DNA of 64,000 nt. It comes from a phage. The notes beneath the pieces were generated by a model that did not search any database, had not been told where the DNA came from, and saw only the letters and a program-made list of their open reading frames with translations. Shown here piece by piece: positions 39,660 to 48,463 of this stretch (its first letter is position 1; each line of letters opens with the position of its first letter). Made by a program: the position numbers and the translations under genes. Where the stretch lies: the NCBI GenBank assembly GCA_036253495.1, contig GCA_036253495.1_4125.1; one strand, written 5' to 3'.

Positions 39660-40181
39660 ATGAACTATAATCAATTATCACAAGAAGATACTGATATTTG
39701 GCTAAAGAACGTAAACAATACGTTGGAACTTGTGCGACAATGTATTTCGGAAGCTGACCGTGTATCAGACGAAGCTAAAGAAAAAACATACAAACACTTT
39801 CACCGTAATATCTTCATGAAAATTTATGCACTTACTATGTATAATATGTACAAACCATCTGATATTTTTATTGGGTTGTATAGTGGGGCGATGTTCACAT
39901 TAGGTGGGATTTTTTCAGATACTGGTCGTACATTAGAACAAAACGAAAAAGATGTTATCGTGGCAGTTGATAAGATTATGAATAAGGAAGTGGATTTCAT
40001 TCTGGAAATCGTTCGTTGCTGGAATGTTTATAGCTCAAAACCATTTGACATTACACAGAAAGATATAGTAGACTATATGCGTATTTTACGTACACATCAG
40101 ATCTGTAAAGAACTATTAACCAATTTAGGGACATATGATGAAACATACAACGTGGTTGAAGATAGCCAGTGTCGTTGCTGA
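39660..40181 (+). CDS. hypothetical protein
   Basis: ORF track. Confidence 0.65.
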   Translation: MNYNQLSQEDTDIWLKNVNNTLELVRQCISEADRVSDEAKEKTYKHFHRNIFMKIYALTMYNMYKPSDIFIGLYSGAMFTLGGIFSDTGRTLEQNEKDVIVAVDKIMNKEVDFILEIVRCWNVYSSKPFDITQKDIVDYMRILRTHQICKELLTNLGTYDETYNVVEDSQCRC

Positions 40182-40617
40182 GGAAAGTAAGTGTCTTTCC
40201 CAGAAAGTAGGTTGTGTTATTGTAAAGAATAACCGAGTATTGAGTACTGGATATAACGGTACACCATCAAAGCAACCTAACTGTTGTGATGTTAATAAAC
40301 ATCTCGTAAACAATGGTCAATTTCAAAATTGGATTGATGAAGATGCAAAACACTTACATCACGAGTGGAGCAACATTCATGAGATCCATGCGGAAATGAA
40401 TGCATTACTATATAGTTCACCACAAGAACGTCAGGGTGCAACACTTTACACCACACTCCAACCGTGCTATACTTGTTCTAAGTTAATCGCTGGTAGTGGT
40501 ATTTCTCGTGTAATTTACGAAAAATCGTATCCTCGCACTCCACCAGAAGCTATTAAAGTACTGGAAGATGCTGGGATTATTGTAAATTGTATCTATGATA
40601 ATGGACTCAATAAATGA
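40135..40617 (+). CDS. cd: dCMP deaminase
   Basis: 160 aa; zinc-binding deaminase motifs HAEMNAL and PCYTCS. Confidence 0.85.
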   Translation: MMKHTTWLKIASVVAEESKCLSQKVGCVIVKNNRVLSTGYNGTPSKQPNCCDVNKHLVNNGQFQNWIDEDAKHLHHEWSNIHEIHAEMNALLYSSPQERQGATLYTTLQPCYTCSKLIAGSGISRVIYEKSYPRTPPEAIKVLEDAGIIVNCIYDNGLNK

Positions 40618-40874
40618 CAATGGTATATTTGTTTCTAGGTTGTATTGTTATATTTGTATTGTTTGCTATCTATTGTTTAGTTGATACTGATTATTCAATG
40701 CGTGGTAATAAGAATTATCAAGTACGTTTTTCCCCGCATAATAACAAGTACTACATTGTGAATGTTAGCCACACTACTGGTCGTGAAATGAAAGTAACTG
40801 GTAGATTTGGCTTTACAATTTACTATGATAACCAAATTGATGTTGATTATGTTGTTGAAAAGTTAAATAAATGA
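40614..40874 (+). CDS. small membrane protein
   Basis: 86 aa; N-terminal hydrophobic helix; ATGA overlap. Confidence 0.6.
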   Translation: MTMVYLFLGCIVIFVLFAIYCLVDTDYSMRGNKNYQVRFSPHNNKYYIVNVSHTTGREMKVTGRFGFTIYYDNQIDVDYVVEKLNK

Positions 40875-40875
40875 G

Positions 40876-40901
40876 AAAAGGAGCCTATGGCTCCTTTTTT
40901 A
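40876..40901. terminator. bidirectional rho-independent terminator between convergent genes
   Basis: aaaaggagcctatggctcctttttt: symmetric hairpin flanked by A-run and T-run. Confidence 0.7.
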
Positions 40902-41276
40902 TTATGCTTTTTTACGTAGGATGTATTGTCCATTATGTAATTTAATTTTGTGAATCATGTACATAGTGCAAAACCCTTCAATACCTGCTTCTTCATCTTT
41001 CAATTTAATGAAGAAAGTATTATCTCTTAGGCTTTCTACAAGGCTTTCATCTGAATCTTCGAAATTCATGATATATGAATCTTTATTTCTATACACCATC
41101 TGAACATATTCATAAACCTTACCGCTTTCATCGATTAGATCATAAGTATGTGCTGAACGTTGTTTTAAAATATATAGTTTACCAAGAATAGCTGCTCCAT
41201 TAATTTTAGCACCAGTAATTTCGATACCATTAATAGAAAAAGGAAGTCTTCCGGTTAATGCAATTGGTTTACCCAT
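40902..41276 (-). CDS. hypothetical protein, paralog of the N-terminal domain of the Ig-like repeat protein
   Basis: Track ORF 40902..41318 trimmed to internal ATG giving MGKPIALTGRLPF..., matching the N termini of its two paralogs; GGAGAAG RBS. Confidence 0.6.
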   Translation of the reverse strand: MGKPIALTGRLPFSINGIEITGAKINGAAILGKLYILKQRSAHTYDLIDESGKVYEYVQMVYRNKDSYIMNFEDSDESLVESLRDNTFFIKLKDEEAGIEGFCTMYMIHKIKLHNGQYILRKKA

Positions 41277-41336
41277 TATTATTATACTTCTCCAAGTAAA
41301 GTGCATGATAATTTTCATGCACTATATTATTAAAAA

Positions 41337-43763
41337 TTAAGCACTGATTGTTACAGTTGCAGTATCAGTTTTATTGCCATTCGCAGTAGTCACTGTAATG
41401 ACTACAGTACCTTCTTCTAGAGCAGTTACTAATCCATCATCACTAATAGATACTTTAGTAGGTTCATCTGCACTATAAGTTACTGATTTGTTAGTTGCGT
41501 TAGCTGGAAGAACTTCTGGAACTAGTTGAACTGTTTTAGTACCTGATAGTGAAAGATCAGTGGCTTTAGGTGTTAAACCAACGCTGGATACTGGTACTGG
41601 AATATTAACAGTTACAGCACATTTTGCAGTTTTTGCACCATCAGTAGTTTTTACAGTGATATCAGCAGTACCGTTTGCAACAGCAGTGATTAAACCACTT
41701 GCACTAACAGTTGCGACCCCAGCAGCAGAAGTACTATAAGTTACTGCTTTGTTAGTTGCATTAGCTGGTAGTACAGTTGGTGTTAGTTGTTGAGTTGCAC
41801 CAACAGATGTTAAAGTTGCTGTTGTTGGAGAAACAGAAACACTAGCTACAGGAACTGGGATTGACACAGTAATGACACCTTGACCTGTTTTACCACTTCC
41901 ATCAGCGGCAGTTGCGATAATGTTTGCAGTACCGTTAGTTAACGCAGTTACAACACCAGTACTAGCATCAACTTTCGCTACAGCAGGTGCACTAGAAGAC
42001 CATGTTACAGCTTTATTAGTTGCGTTAGCTGGAAGAACTTCAGCAGCCATTGCTTGAGTTGCGTTAACAGCAGTCAATGTTTTAGTTGCTGGTGTAACAT
42101 TAATAGTTGTTACTGGAACTGGAATTGCTACAGTTACTGCACAAACCGCAGTTTTTGCACCATCAGCGGTTGTTACGGTGATGTTAGCAGTGCCATTTGC
42201 TACAGCAGTTATCAATCCTGAAGTGCTAACAGTTGCTACACCCGCATTAGAAGTACTATAAGTTACTGCTTTATTGGTTGCATTAGTTGGTGCAACCGAT
42301 GGTGTTAGTTGTTGTGTTGCACCAACAGATCTTAAAGTTGCTGTTGTTGGAGAAACAGAAACACCAGTTACTGGTACTGGAATATTAACAGTTACAGCAC
42401 AAACTTTACTAAAGCCACCATCAGCAGTAGTAGCCGTGATATTAGCAGTGCCATTCGCTACCGCAGTGATTAAACCACTTGTACTAACGGTTGCAACACC
42501 AGCAGCAGAAGTTGCGTATGTTACTGCTTTGTTACGAGCATTAGCTGGTAGAACAGTTGCAGTTAATTGCTGTGTTGCACCAACAGAAGTTAATGAAGCG
42601 GTTGCAGGTGTTAGGTTAATACCAGTTACTGGGATCGTCACATCAATAATTGATTGTGCGGTTTTTTCACCATCAATAGTTGTTACGGTAATAGTGGCAG
42701 TACCATTATTAACAGAAGTTACTAAACCGTCATCATCAACTTCTGCTACTGTAGGTGCAGAAGATTCATAACGAACTTCCTGATTTGATGCAGTTCTTGG
42801 TAGTACCGTTGCTGTTAATGGTTCATTTGCACCAATAGTAGTGAATGTATATGTTTCAGGTGTTAACGTAACACCAGTTACTGCTGTTTGAACTTTAATA
42901 GAAGAAGTATCAGTAAATGAACCATCTTCAGATGTTGCAGTAATAGTAACATCACCATTGGATACACCTGTTACCAACCCAGAATCTTTATCAACTGTTG
43001 CAACGGATGGAGCAGATGAAGTCCATATAACTTTCTTGTCTGTTGCTGAGGCCGGAGTAACTTCAGCTAACAATTGTTGAGTTGACCCAACGTTTACAGT
43101 TGCAGATTTAGGAGAAACGGTAACACCAGTAACACCAGTACTGACAACGATAGAACACACATCTGTGAAATCACCATCGTGAGTTGTTACGGTTACATCA
43201 GCATTGCCATTTGCAAGTGCAGTTGCTAGACCTGTTTGAGCATCAACTTCAACGATTGTAGGAGCAGATGAAGAGTAGGTTACTGCCTTGTCTTTTGCAT
43301 TAGATGGAACTACTTGGGCTGATAGTTGTTTTGTTGCACCAACTTTAAGAGATGCATCTTTGGGTGTAATTACAACACCAGTTACGGGGATATCAGCATT
43401 AACATAATCGCGTTTTACGATACGACCATTATTTAATTTAATAACACGACCCATATAAAGCATAGTATACCCCATGCTAATACCATCATCAACATAGATC
43501 ATGAATGAATTGTCTTGAACCATATTAATTGCGTCTGCTGGTTCAACAGAATTTGGAATGTCGATACCACGAGTATCATACCAACGCATGGAAACTTTGT
43601 AATAGATATCACCATTATCATTGATGAGATCATACACGTTACCGGAACGTTGACGGTTAATATATAAAGTTTCCGTTAACACCTTACCATCGATTTTAGC
43701 GACAGAAACTTTAATACCACCAATACCAAAAGGCAATTTACCTTCACTAGATATTGCTTTCAT
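41337..43763 (-). CDS. virion-associated Ig-like (Big_2-type) repeat protein, Hoc-like decoration/adhesin candidate
   Basis: 808 aa; N-terminal ~130 aa domain shared with flanking ORFs, then about seven tandem ~90 aa repeats with VTGV..P.......G.TQQL...V.P.NATNK.VT..SS....ATV...GL.TAV.NGTA.IT pattern; late promoter upstream. Confidence 0.75.
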   Translation of the reverse strand: MKAISSEGKLPFGIGGIKVSVAKIDGKVLTETLYINRQRSGNVYDLINDNGDIYYKVSMRWYDTRGIDIPNSVEPADAINMVQDNSFMIYVDDGISMGYTMLYMGRVIKLNNGRIVKRDYVNADIPVTGVVITPKDASLKVGATKQLSAQVVPSNAKDKAVTYSSSAPTIVEVDAQTGLATALANGNADVTVTTHDGDFTDVCSIVVSTGVTGVTVSPKSATVNVGSTQQLLAEVTPASATDKKVIWTSSAPSVATVDKDSGLVTGVSNGDVTITATSEDGSFTDTSSIKVQTAVTGVTLTPETYTFTTIGANEPLTATVLPRTASNQEVRYESSAPTVAEVDDDGLVTSVNNGTATITVTTIDGEKTAQSIIDVTIPVTGINLTPATASLTSVGATQQLTATVLPANARNKAVTYATSAAGVATVSTSGLITAVANGTANITATTADGGFSKVCAVTVNIPVPVTGVSVSPTTATLRSVGATQQLTPSVAPTNATNKAVTYSTSNAGVATVSTSGLITAVANGTANITVTTADGAKTAVCAVTVAIPVPVTTINVTPATKTLTAVNATQAMAAEVLPANATNKAVTWSSSAPAVAKVDASTGVVTALTNGTANIIATAADGSGKTGQGVITVSIPVPVASVSVSPTTATLTSVGATQQLTPTVLPANATNKAVTYSTSAAGVATVSASGLITAVANGTADITVKTTDGAKTAKCAVTVNIPVPVSSVGLTPKATDLSLSGTKTVQLVPEVLPANATNKSVTYSADEPTKVSISDDGLVTALEEGTVVITVTTANGNKTDTATVTISA
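41500..43300 (-). repeat. in-frame tandem coding repeats (Ig-like domain array)
   Basis: Near-identical DNA segments recur at about 270 nt spacing; these also create the spurious antisense ORF 42274..42771. Confidence 0.6.
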
Positions 43764-43799
43764 ATACTTTCCTTTATAAATTGTATTGTAGTGTTATAT

Positions 43800-43807
43800 T
43801 ATTTATA
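43800..43807 (-). promoter_or_regulatory. T4-type late promoter TATAAATA
   Basis: Reverse complement of tatttata, about 36 nt upstream of the minus-strand start at 43763. Confidence 0.55.
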
Positions 43808-43831
43808 TTATACCAAAAGTATTTTAGGATT

Positions 43832-43854
43832 AAAAAAAGGAGTCCGAAGACTCC
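43832..43854 (-). terminator. rho-independent terminator (minus strand)
   Basis: Hairpin ggagtc cgaa gactcc; the A-run on + reads as a T-run on minus. Confidence 0.65.
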
Positions 43855-43867
43855 TTAAAATATAAAG

Positions 43868-44383
43868 TTATTGGAAACGAGCATACGGTGGGAATCTGGT
43901 TTGGTCAGGCCAATCTTTCGGAGAGAAGTAAGCAGTGAATTGCATTTTATCATTTGAATAAAGAACAAAATCATCTGGCTTTATTATAACTTTAGACAAC
44001 GAATTTGGCTCCACGTTCGTTCTTCTGAAAATTATTTCACCATTATGTAATTTTATTTTATTACTTTGATATTGAATACCAAAACCATACTTATTATTAA
44101 TAGCATCAGCTTCTTTTATGCAAAATGTATTATTTGCTAAAGATTTAGCAATTTCAGCATCGTCATCATCATACAACAATGTTGATTTATCTTTATTTCT
44201 ACCTGTGATTTTTATATCTTTGTAAATCTTGAAATTTTCAGATATTAAATCATATGAATCGAATGTTCTTTGTTTTATAACATACAATTCTTTAACAAAT
44301 ACTTGCCCTTCTATCTTTGCAGCAGTAACCTGCAATCCACCTATAACAAATGGAAATTGATCTAAGCCAGCTATTGGTTTCAT
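43868..44383 (-). CDS. hypothetical protein, paralog of the N-terminal domain of the Ig-like repeat protein
   Basis: 171 aa; MKPIAGLDQFPFVIGGLQVTAAKIEGQV...IKLHNGEII parallels the other two paralogs. Confidence 0.65.
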   Translation of the reverse strand: MKPIAGLDQFPFVIGGLQVTAAKIEGQVFVKELYVIKQRTFDSYDLISENFKIYKDIKITGRNKDKSTLLYDDDDAEIAKSLANNTFCIKEADAINNKYGFGIQYQSNKIKLHNGEIIFRRTNVEPNSLSKVIIKPDDFVLYSNDKMQFTAYFSPKDWPDQTRFPPYARFQ

Positions 44384-44517
44384 AACATCTCCTTACCTTA
44401 AAAATGGGATTGTAAACTGCCTCCCAATATGATACCATAGTTCAAATGGTCAATTGGTAAATCAATGAACTTAACAAAAACACTTGATACTACAGTCATA
44501 ATTGTTCAGTTTTGCAC

Positions 44518-44546
44518 TTGACATAATTGATCAATTATTGTACTAT
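44518..44546 (+). promoter_or_regulatory. sigma70-like promoter (TTGACA-17-TACTAT)
   Basis: Consensus -35 TTGACA, 17 nt spacer, -10 TACTAT, about 35 nt upstream of 44582. Confidence 0.5.
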
Positions 44547-44581
44547 TATTTATGTTCCTTAACTCAAATCCGAGGTAATCA

Positions 44582-45187
44582 ATGAAACGAATCTTGAAAG
44601 AGATTGTACAAACCGTTGTTTTAATCGCTGCATTAAACTTTCCGGCAGCGGCAGAAGTTTCAAAAAAATCATCTGTTTTTCTATTAAATGAACATGTTGT
44701 GTCAATTGATGGTGAACTAAATGATGAAACTGTACAAGAAGTGAAGAAGTTGTGGAAAGAAACAAGATTTAAAATTTTAACAATTACATCACCTGGTGGA
44801 GATTTTGATGCAGGATTAGATTTGGGATTGTTTGTGGCTGCTAAAAAGTTAACTGTTTATGTCCCAAAGCAATGTAATTCGTCTTGTAGTCTGGTTTTTT
44901 TCTCTGCATCATCTGAACGTAGGGATATGAGTGATACCGCAGTGATGGGTTTACATAACATCTCACTAGTATCTACGAATGGTGCAGATCCAGATACGAC
45001 ATTCGTTTCAGTTAGACAGTTGATGGAGTTTACACATCAAGTCTCAACTAAAGTTGGGTATCTTTTTACACTGTACGCACATAACGGTATCCCCGCTGAA
45101 ACACTCATTGATATCAGTACTAAACATGGTGAGGATATCGTTGTCTTACGAAGATCAGATCTCGTTAAATGGGGAATCATTCAATAA
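44582..45187 (+). CDS. secreted ClpP/S49-like (crotonase-fold) protein, possibly a divergent or inactive peptidase
   Basis: 201 aa; N-terminal signal-peptide-like segment; ITSPGGDFDAGLDLGLFV resembles the ClpP SPGG block, but the catalytic Ser context is not canonical. Confidence 0.4.
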   Translation: MKRILKEIVQTVVLIAALNFPAAAEVSKKSSVFLLNEHVVSIDGELNDETVQEVKKLWKETRFKILTITSPGGDFDAGLDLGLFVAAKKLTVYVPKQCNSSCSLVFFSASSERRDMSDTAVMGLHNISLVSTNGADPDTTFVSVRQLMEFTHQVSTKVGYLFTLYAHNGIPAETLIDISTKHGEDIVVLRRSDLVKWGIIQ

Positions 45188-45314
45188 AAAGTTGTATTTT
45201 TTATGAAGCAATGATATAATCCTAATACTAATTCATGATTTTGGTTAAGGGTGGTGTACTGCCACCCGATTTTAAGATATAATGGTTGTACATTATCAAC
45301 CAAGGAAACAAAAA

Positions 45315-45578
45315 ATGACAGAATTATCACATCTTCAAGGCTGGACAGAGTTCATCTTCTATGCTACTATAGTTACATATGGAATCATTGTTCTTTTATC
45401 AGTGATTATGGCAAGTGATTTCAAGAGTGGTTTTCTTGAAGAAAATGGTGAGTTTTCTTCTAAAACTGAAAAGTACTTTTATTATTTCTTTAAAATTTCG
45501 TATACAATTTTACTCATAATTTTGGGTTTACTATTGTATTTCATGTACACAATCTTAGATGTAATGCATCTTTTATAA
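45315..45578 (+). CDS. small membrane protein
   Basis: Track ORF 45282..45578 trimmed to ATG with AAGGA RBS; two hydrophobic helices. Confidence 0.55.
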   Translation: MTELSHLQGWTEFIFYATIVTYGIIVLLSVIMASDFKSGFLEENGEFSSKTEKYFYYFFKISYTILLIILGLLLYFMYTILDVMHLL

Positions 45579-45589
45579 CGGAGATATCA

Positions 45590-46192
45590 ATGACTTGTAT
45601 TATTGCTTACACTGATGGTAACACATCTTTTATCGCGGGTGACAAACTGGGTAGTAATGGTTTCACTAAAGCAATTCAAACTGAACCAAAAGTGTTTGAA
45701 AAAGAATTCATCAAAATCGATGAAAGTGGATTGAATCGCACCAAAGAAGTTATGGCAATGGGATACACGTCGAGCTTCCGCATGGGACAATTGCTGACGT
45801 ATAAACTTGATTTACCTGAACAGCAATCAAACCAAACATTCTCACAGTACTTAGTACTTGAGGTAATCCCACGTATTCGCACACTCTTCAAAGAAGAATG
45901 GGGTGCTCGTGATACAACTCAAGACGTTGGTGGTGGACAGTTTATTATTCTCCACAATCATACAATTTATGAAGTTCAAGAGGATTTTTCAGTACTCCAA
46001 CCTAAGACACAAATTACATCTGTTGGTAGTGGTACATATCATGCAATTGCAGCTATGCAAGCATATATTGAAGTTCAAAAAGAAACAGGTGTTAAGATGG
46101 TTGATCGCACCGATTCTATCTTCAAAATTGTAAGTGATAATGTTACCAGCGTTAGTGCTGAGTATGATTTACTAAGCTATCCTAAGCTGTAA
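45590..46192 (+). CDS. HslV/proteasome-like Ntn-hydrolase peptidase candidate
   Basis: 200 aa; Met-Thr N terminus then CIIAYTDG.TSFIAGD and later SVGSGTYHAIAAMQAY, resembling HslV blocks. Confidence 0.5.
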   Translation: MTCIIAYTDGNTSFIAGDKLGSNGFTKAIQTEPKVFEKEFIKIDESGLNRTKEVMAMGYTSSFRMGQLLTYKLDLPEQQSNQTFSQYLVLEVIPRIRTLFKEEWGARDTTQDVGGGQFIILHNHTIYEVQEDFSVLQPKTQITSVGSGTYHAIAAMQAYIEVQKETGVKMVDRTDSIFKIVSDNVTSVSAEYDLLSYPKL

Positions 46193-46200
46193 TACAAAAA

Positions 46201-46228
46201 AGGGGATTCTTATAATCCCCTATATTAA
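46201..46228 (+). terminator. probable rho-independent terminator
   Basis: Perfect 8 bp hairpin aggggatt/aatcccct; downstream tract is AT-rich rather than a clean T-run. Confidence 0.4.
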
Positions 46229-46252
46229 TTTAATAAGGAGAGTATTATAACT

Positions 46253-46465
46253 ATGATAACTATCAATTACTTTTCACTATGCTTTGTTTATTTTGTTGTT
46301 GTATTTCTAGCAGTTGTAGCGTACAATAATATTAAATGTATATATAAAATTATCAAAAACAAAGAGAAATTCAATGGATGGATGATATATCACATTGTCA
46401 TCTCGGTTGTGTGTATCTTATTTGTATACGATTTGAGTTCATTAGGTACAGTAGGTAAGCTATGA
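46253..46465 (+). CDS. small membrane protein
   Basis: 70 aa, two hydrophobic helices. Confidence 0.55.
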   Translation: MITINYFSLCFVYFVVVFLAVVAYNNIKCIYKIIKNKEKFNGWMIYHIVISVVCILFVYDLSSLGTVGKL

Positions 46466-47214
46466 TTTCTGACTCTTTTATAAAAAATAAAGGTAATAAA
46501 CGTGTATTGGTTATTTCCGGTGCAGGTCTATCCGTTGAAAGTGGGATGGAACCGTTTCGCATGGACGATGGCCTATGGGATCAATTTCAAATAAATGATG
46601 TATGTAACATTGCACGTCTTAGTACTAAGTATCATTTAGTACACACTTTCTATAATACATTACGTGTTAAAATGAAAGATTGTGTTCCTAATGATATGCA
46701 TTATTATATCAAATCTATAGAAGATACATACGGTGATAACTTTTTACATATGACTTCGAATATGGATGATCTCTATACTCGTATTGGTGGCAATGAATTA
46801 AAGTTACATGGTAATTTAAAAGAAGTTATTGAGAATTTTACAATTGGTGGTGACGATTATAGTATTGTGGATTGTGGTTATGAACCGTACATTCCGAAAG
46901 AAGGTGTCTTTGCGAAACCAAACGTAGTGTTCATTGGTGAATATTATCGTTATGTTGATGGTGAAAAACTCCCAATATACGATGAGCGTAATTTAGTATT
47001 GCAATCCTTAACAGAAGATGATACAGTTGTAGTCATTGGTAGCAGTGACACAGTACTGAAATGGTCACATCTGGTTGCGTGTTTACCATGCTTTAGTGTT
47101 AATATCAACATCAGAAAAAATGATAACGATTTCATGTTCAATGAAAAAATTATAAAACCAGCTACAAAAGCGATTCCAGTACTGGAAACTATCATTAAGG
47201 ATAGAATGAAATGA
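46462..47214 (+). CDS. Sir2-family NAD-dependent protein (deacylase/ADP-ribosyltransferase/NADase family)
   Basis: 250 aa; Rossmann motif ISGAGLSVESGMEPFR and catalytic-region LHGN; ATGA overlaps at both ends. Confidence 0.75.
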   Translation: MISDSFIKNKGNKRVLVISGAGLSVESGMEPFRMDDGLWDQFQINDVCNIARLSTKYHLVHTFYNTLRVKMKDCVPNDMHYYIKSIEDTYGDNFLHMTSNMDDLYTRIGGNELKLHGNLKEVIENFTIGGDDYSIVDCGYEPYIPKEGVFAKPNVVFIGEYYRYVDGEKLPIYDERNLVLQSLTEDDTVVVIGSSDTVLKWSHLVACLPCFSVNINIRKNDNDFMFNEKIIKPATKAIPVLETIIKDRMK

Positions 47215-47759
47215 TTCGAGAAGTACCTCTAGGTGAGTATGGTAAACGAGCAAACTTTGTATTCTGTTACTTCTTTGCTCGAAATTGTAACCCATATAAA
47301 GGTTATGATTTAAATGATATCCCTGTTGTGAATCTGGTATTACTCCAGCTTCGTTGGGATGGTTTACTGGGTGGTTGTGGTGGAACAGTTGAAGATACCG
47401 ATGCCACCTTAGAAGATGCACTATTCCGTGAAATTCAGGAAGAGATGGATTATAATATTTTCATCGAACAACTGAAACCATTGAAAACTTACGAACTATA
47501 TCCAGGAGCACATACTCATAGCTATAGTTATGAAGTTACTTACGAAGAATTGAAAGCGATTCGCGATGGATACTGTACTGCTAAACATGCAAGTGCAGAA
47601 GTGGCTGGTGTTAATTTATGTCACATTTCTCGTTATTCAAAGGGACAAAACCGAGAAGCAGGATATAATAATCTTATGACACAAAACTTCATAGGAACTG
47701 CTAAAATGGAATTAGAACATCTTGTTCAATCCGAGAATTTACTGATTAGTTACTTATAA
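47211..47759 (+). CDS. Nudix hydrolase-like protein
   Basis: 182 aa; Nudix-box-like GGCGGTVED...REIQEEMD with slightly non-canonical spacing. Confidence 0.55.
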   Translation: MIREVPLGEYGKRANFVFCYFFARNCNPYKGYDLNDIPVVNLVLLQLRWDGLLGGCGGTVEDTDATLEDALFREIQEEMDYNIFIEQLKPLKTYELYPGAHTHSYSYEVTYEELKAIRDGYCTAKHASAEVAGVNLCHISRYSKGQNREAGYNNLMTQNFIGTAKMELEHLVQSENLLISYL

Positions 47760-47770
47760 GGTGAATTATA

Positions 47771-48103
47771 ATGTCTTACTCAATGTTTCTGGATGATATT
47801 CGTGATCCTGAAAAGTATTATCCAAATCAAAACATGGTTTTATGTCGTGATTATGAAAGTGCATGTGCTTATGTAAATGAACATGGTTTACCACAATTTA
47901 TTAGCTTCGATCATGACTTAGGTGATGTTGGGGAGGATGAAAAAACAGGGTATTCATTTGCAAAATTTCTAATTGATTATATGGTCGAAAACAATATCAG
48001 TACTGGATTCGATTATATTATTCATAGCAGTAATCCTGTAGGGAAGGTCAACATTGACACATACTTACAGAATGGTTTTAGATTTTTGAGAGGGGACAAT
48101 TGA
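47771..48103 (+). CDS. hypothetical protein (conserved-looking FLDDIRDP / DHDLG / HSSNPVG motifs)
   Basis: 110 aa; immediately downstream of the Sir2-Nudix pair. Confidence 0.6.
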   Translation: MSYSMFLDDIRDPEKYYPNQNMVLCRDYESACAYVNEHGLPQFISFDHDLGDVGEDEKTGYSFAKFLIDYMVENNISTGFDYIIHSSNPVGKVNIDTYLQNGFRFLRGDN

Positions 48104-48399
48104 CAAAACATCATATACAAAGCTTTATAATCACAAGTGTTATATTTCTTGTTGTGTTTTGGTTCTTCTATCATCAAGATCAAACCAAGCACCGAAATAT
48201 ATACTACCGTACTGCTGTTGTTACTGACATAGGGCAGTGTGAAGAAAATACATGTTCATTTACTTATAAGACTGAAGATGGGTCTATTAAGTATGGAGCA
48301 TCAAGGAAACCAGTTTCAGTTGGGCAAATTGTTTACAATGAATGCTGGACAGAAAAGGCTCGCGGTCACCGCTGCTACGTTGACTATGAGCCACAATAA
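48100..48399 (+). CDS. small membrane protein
   Basis: 99 aa; N-terminal hydrophobic helix; ATGA overlap. Confidence 0.55.
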   Translation: MTKHHIQSFIITSVIFLVVFWFFYHQDQTKHRNIYYRTAVVTDIGQCEENTCSFTYKTEDGSIKYGASRKPVSVGQIVYNECWTEKARGHRCYVDYEPQ

Positions 48400-48463
48400 G
48401 AAGTGTCTGAGTCTATAATCTACCGTAGAGCACAAGGATGTGCTCATAACTCAAGGATGTTTT

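Noticed and set aside
42274-42771. 165 aa + strand ORF rich in Ala/Val/Thr
   Set aside because: Antisense to the Ig-like repeat gene; an artefact of the repetitive, stop-poor repeat DNA.
41500-43300. Possible CRISPR-like repeat array
   Set aside because: The repeats are about 270 nt, in-frame and protein-coding (Ig-like domains), with no short direct repeats and unique spacers.
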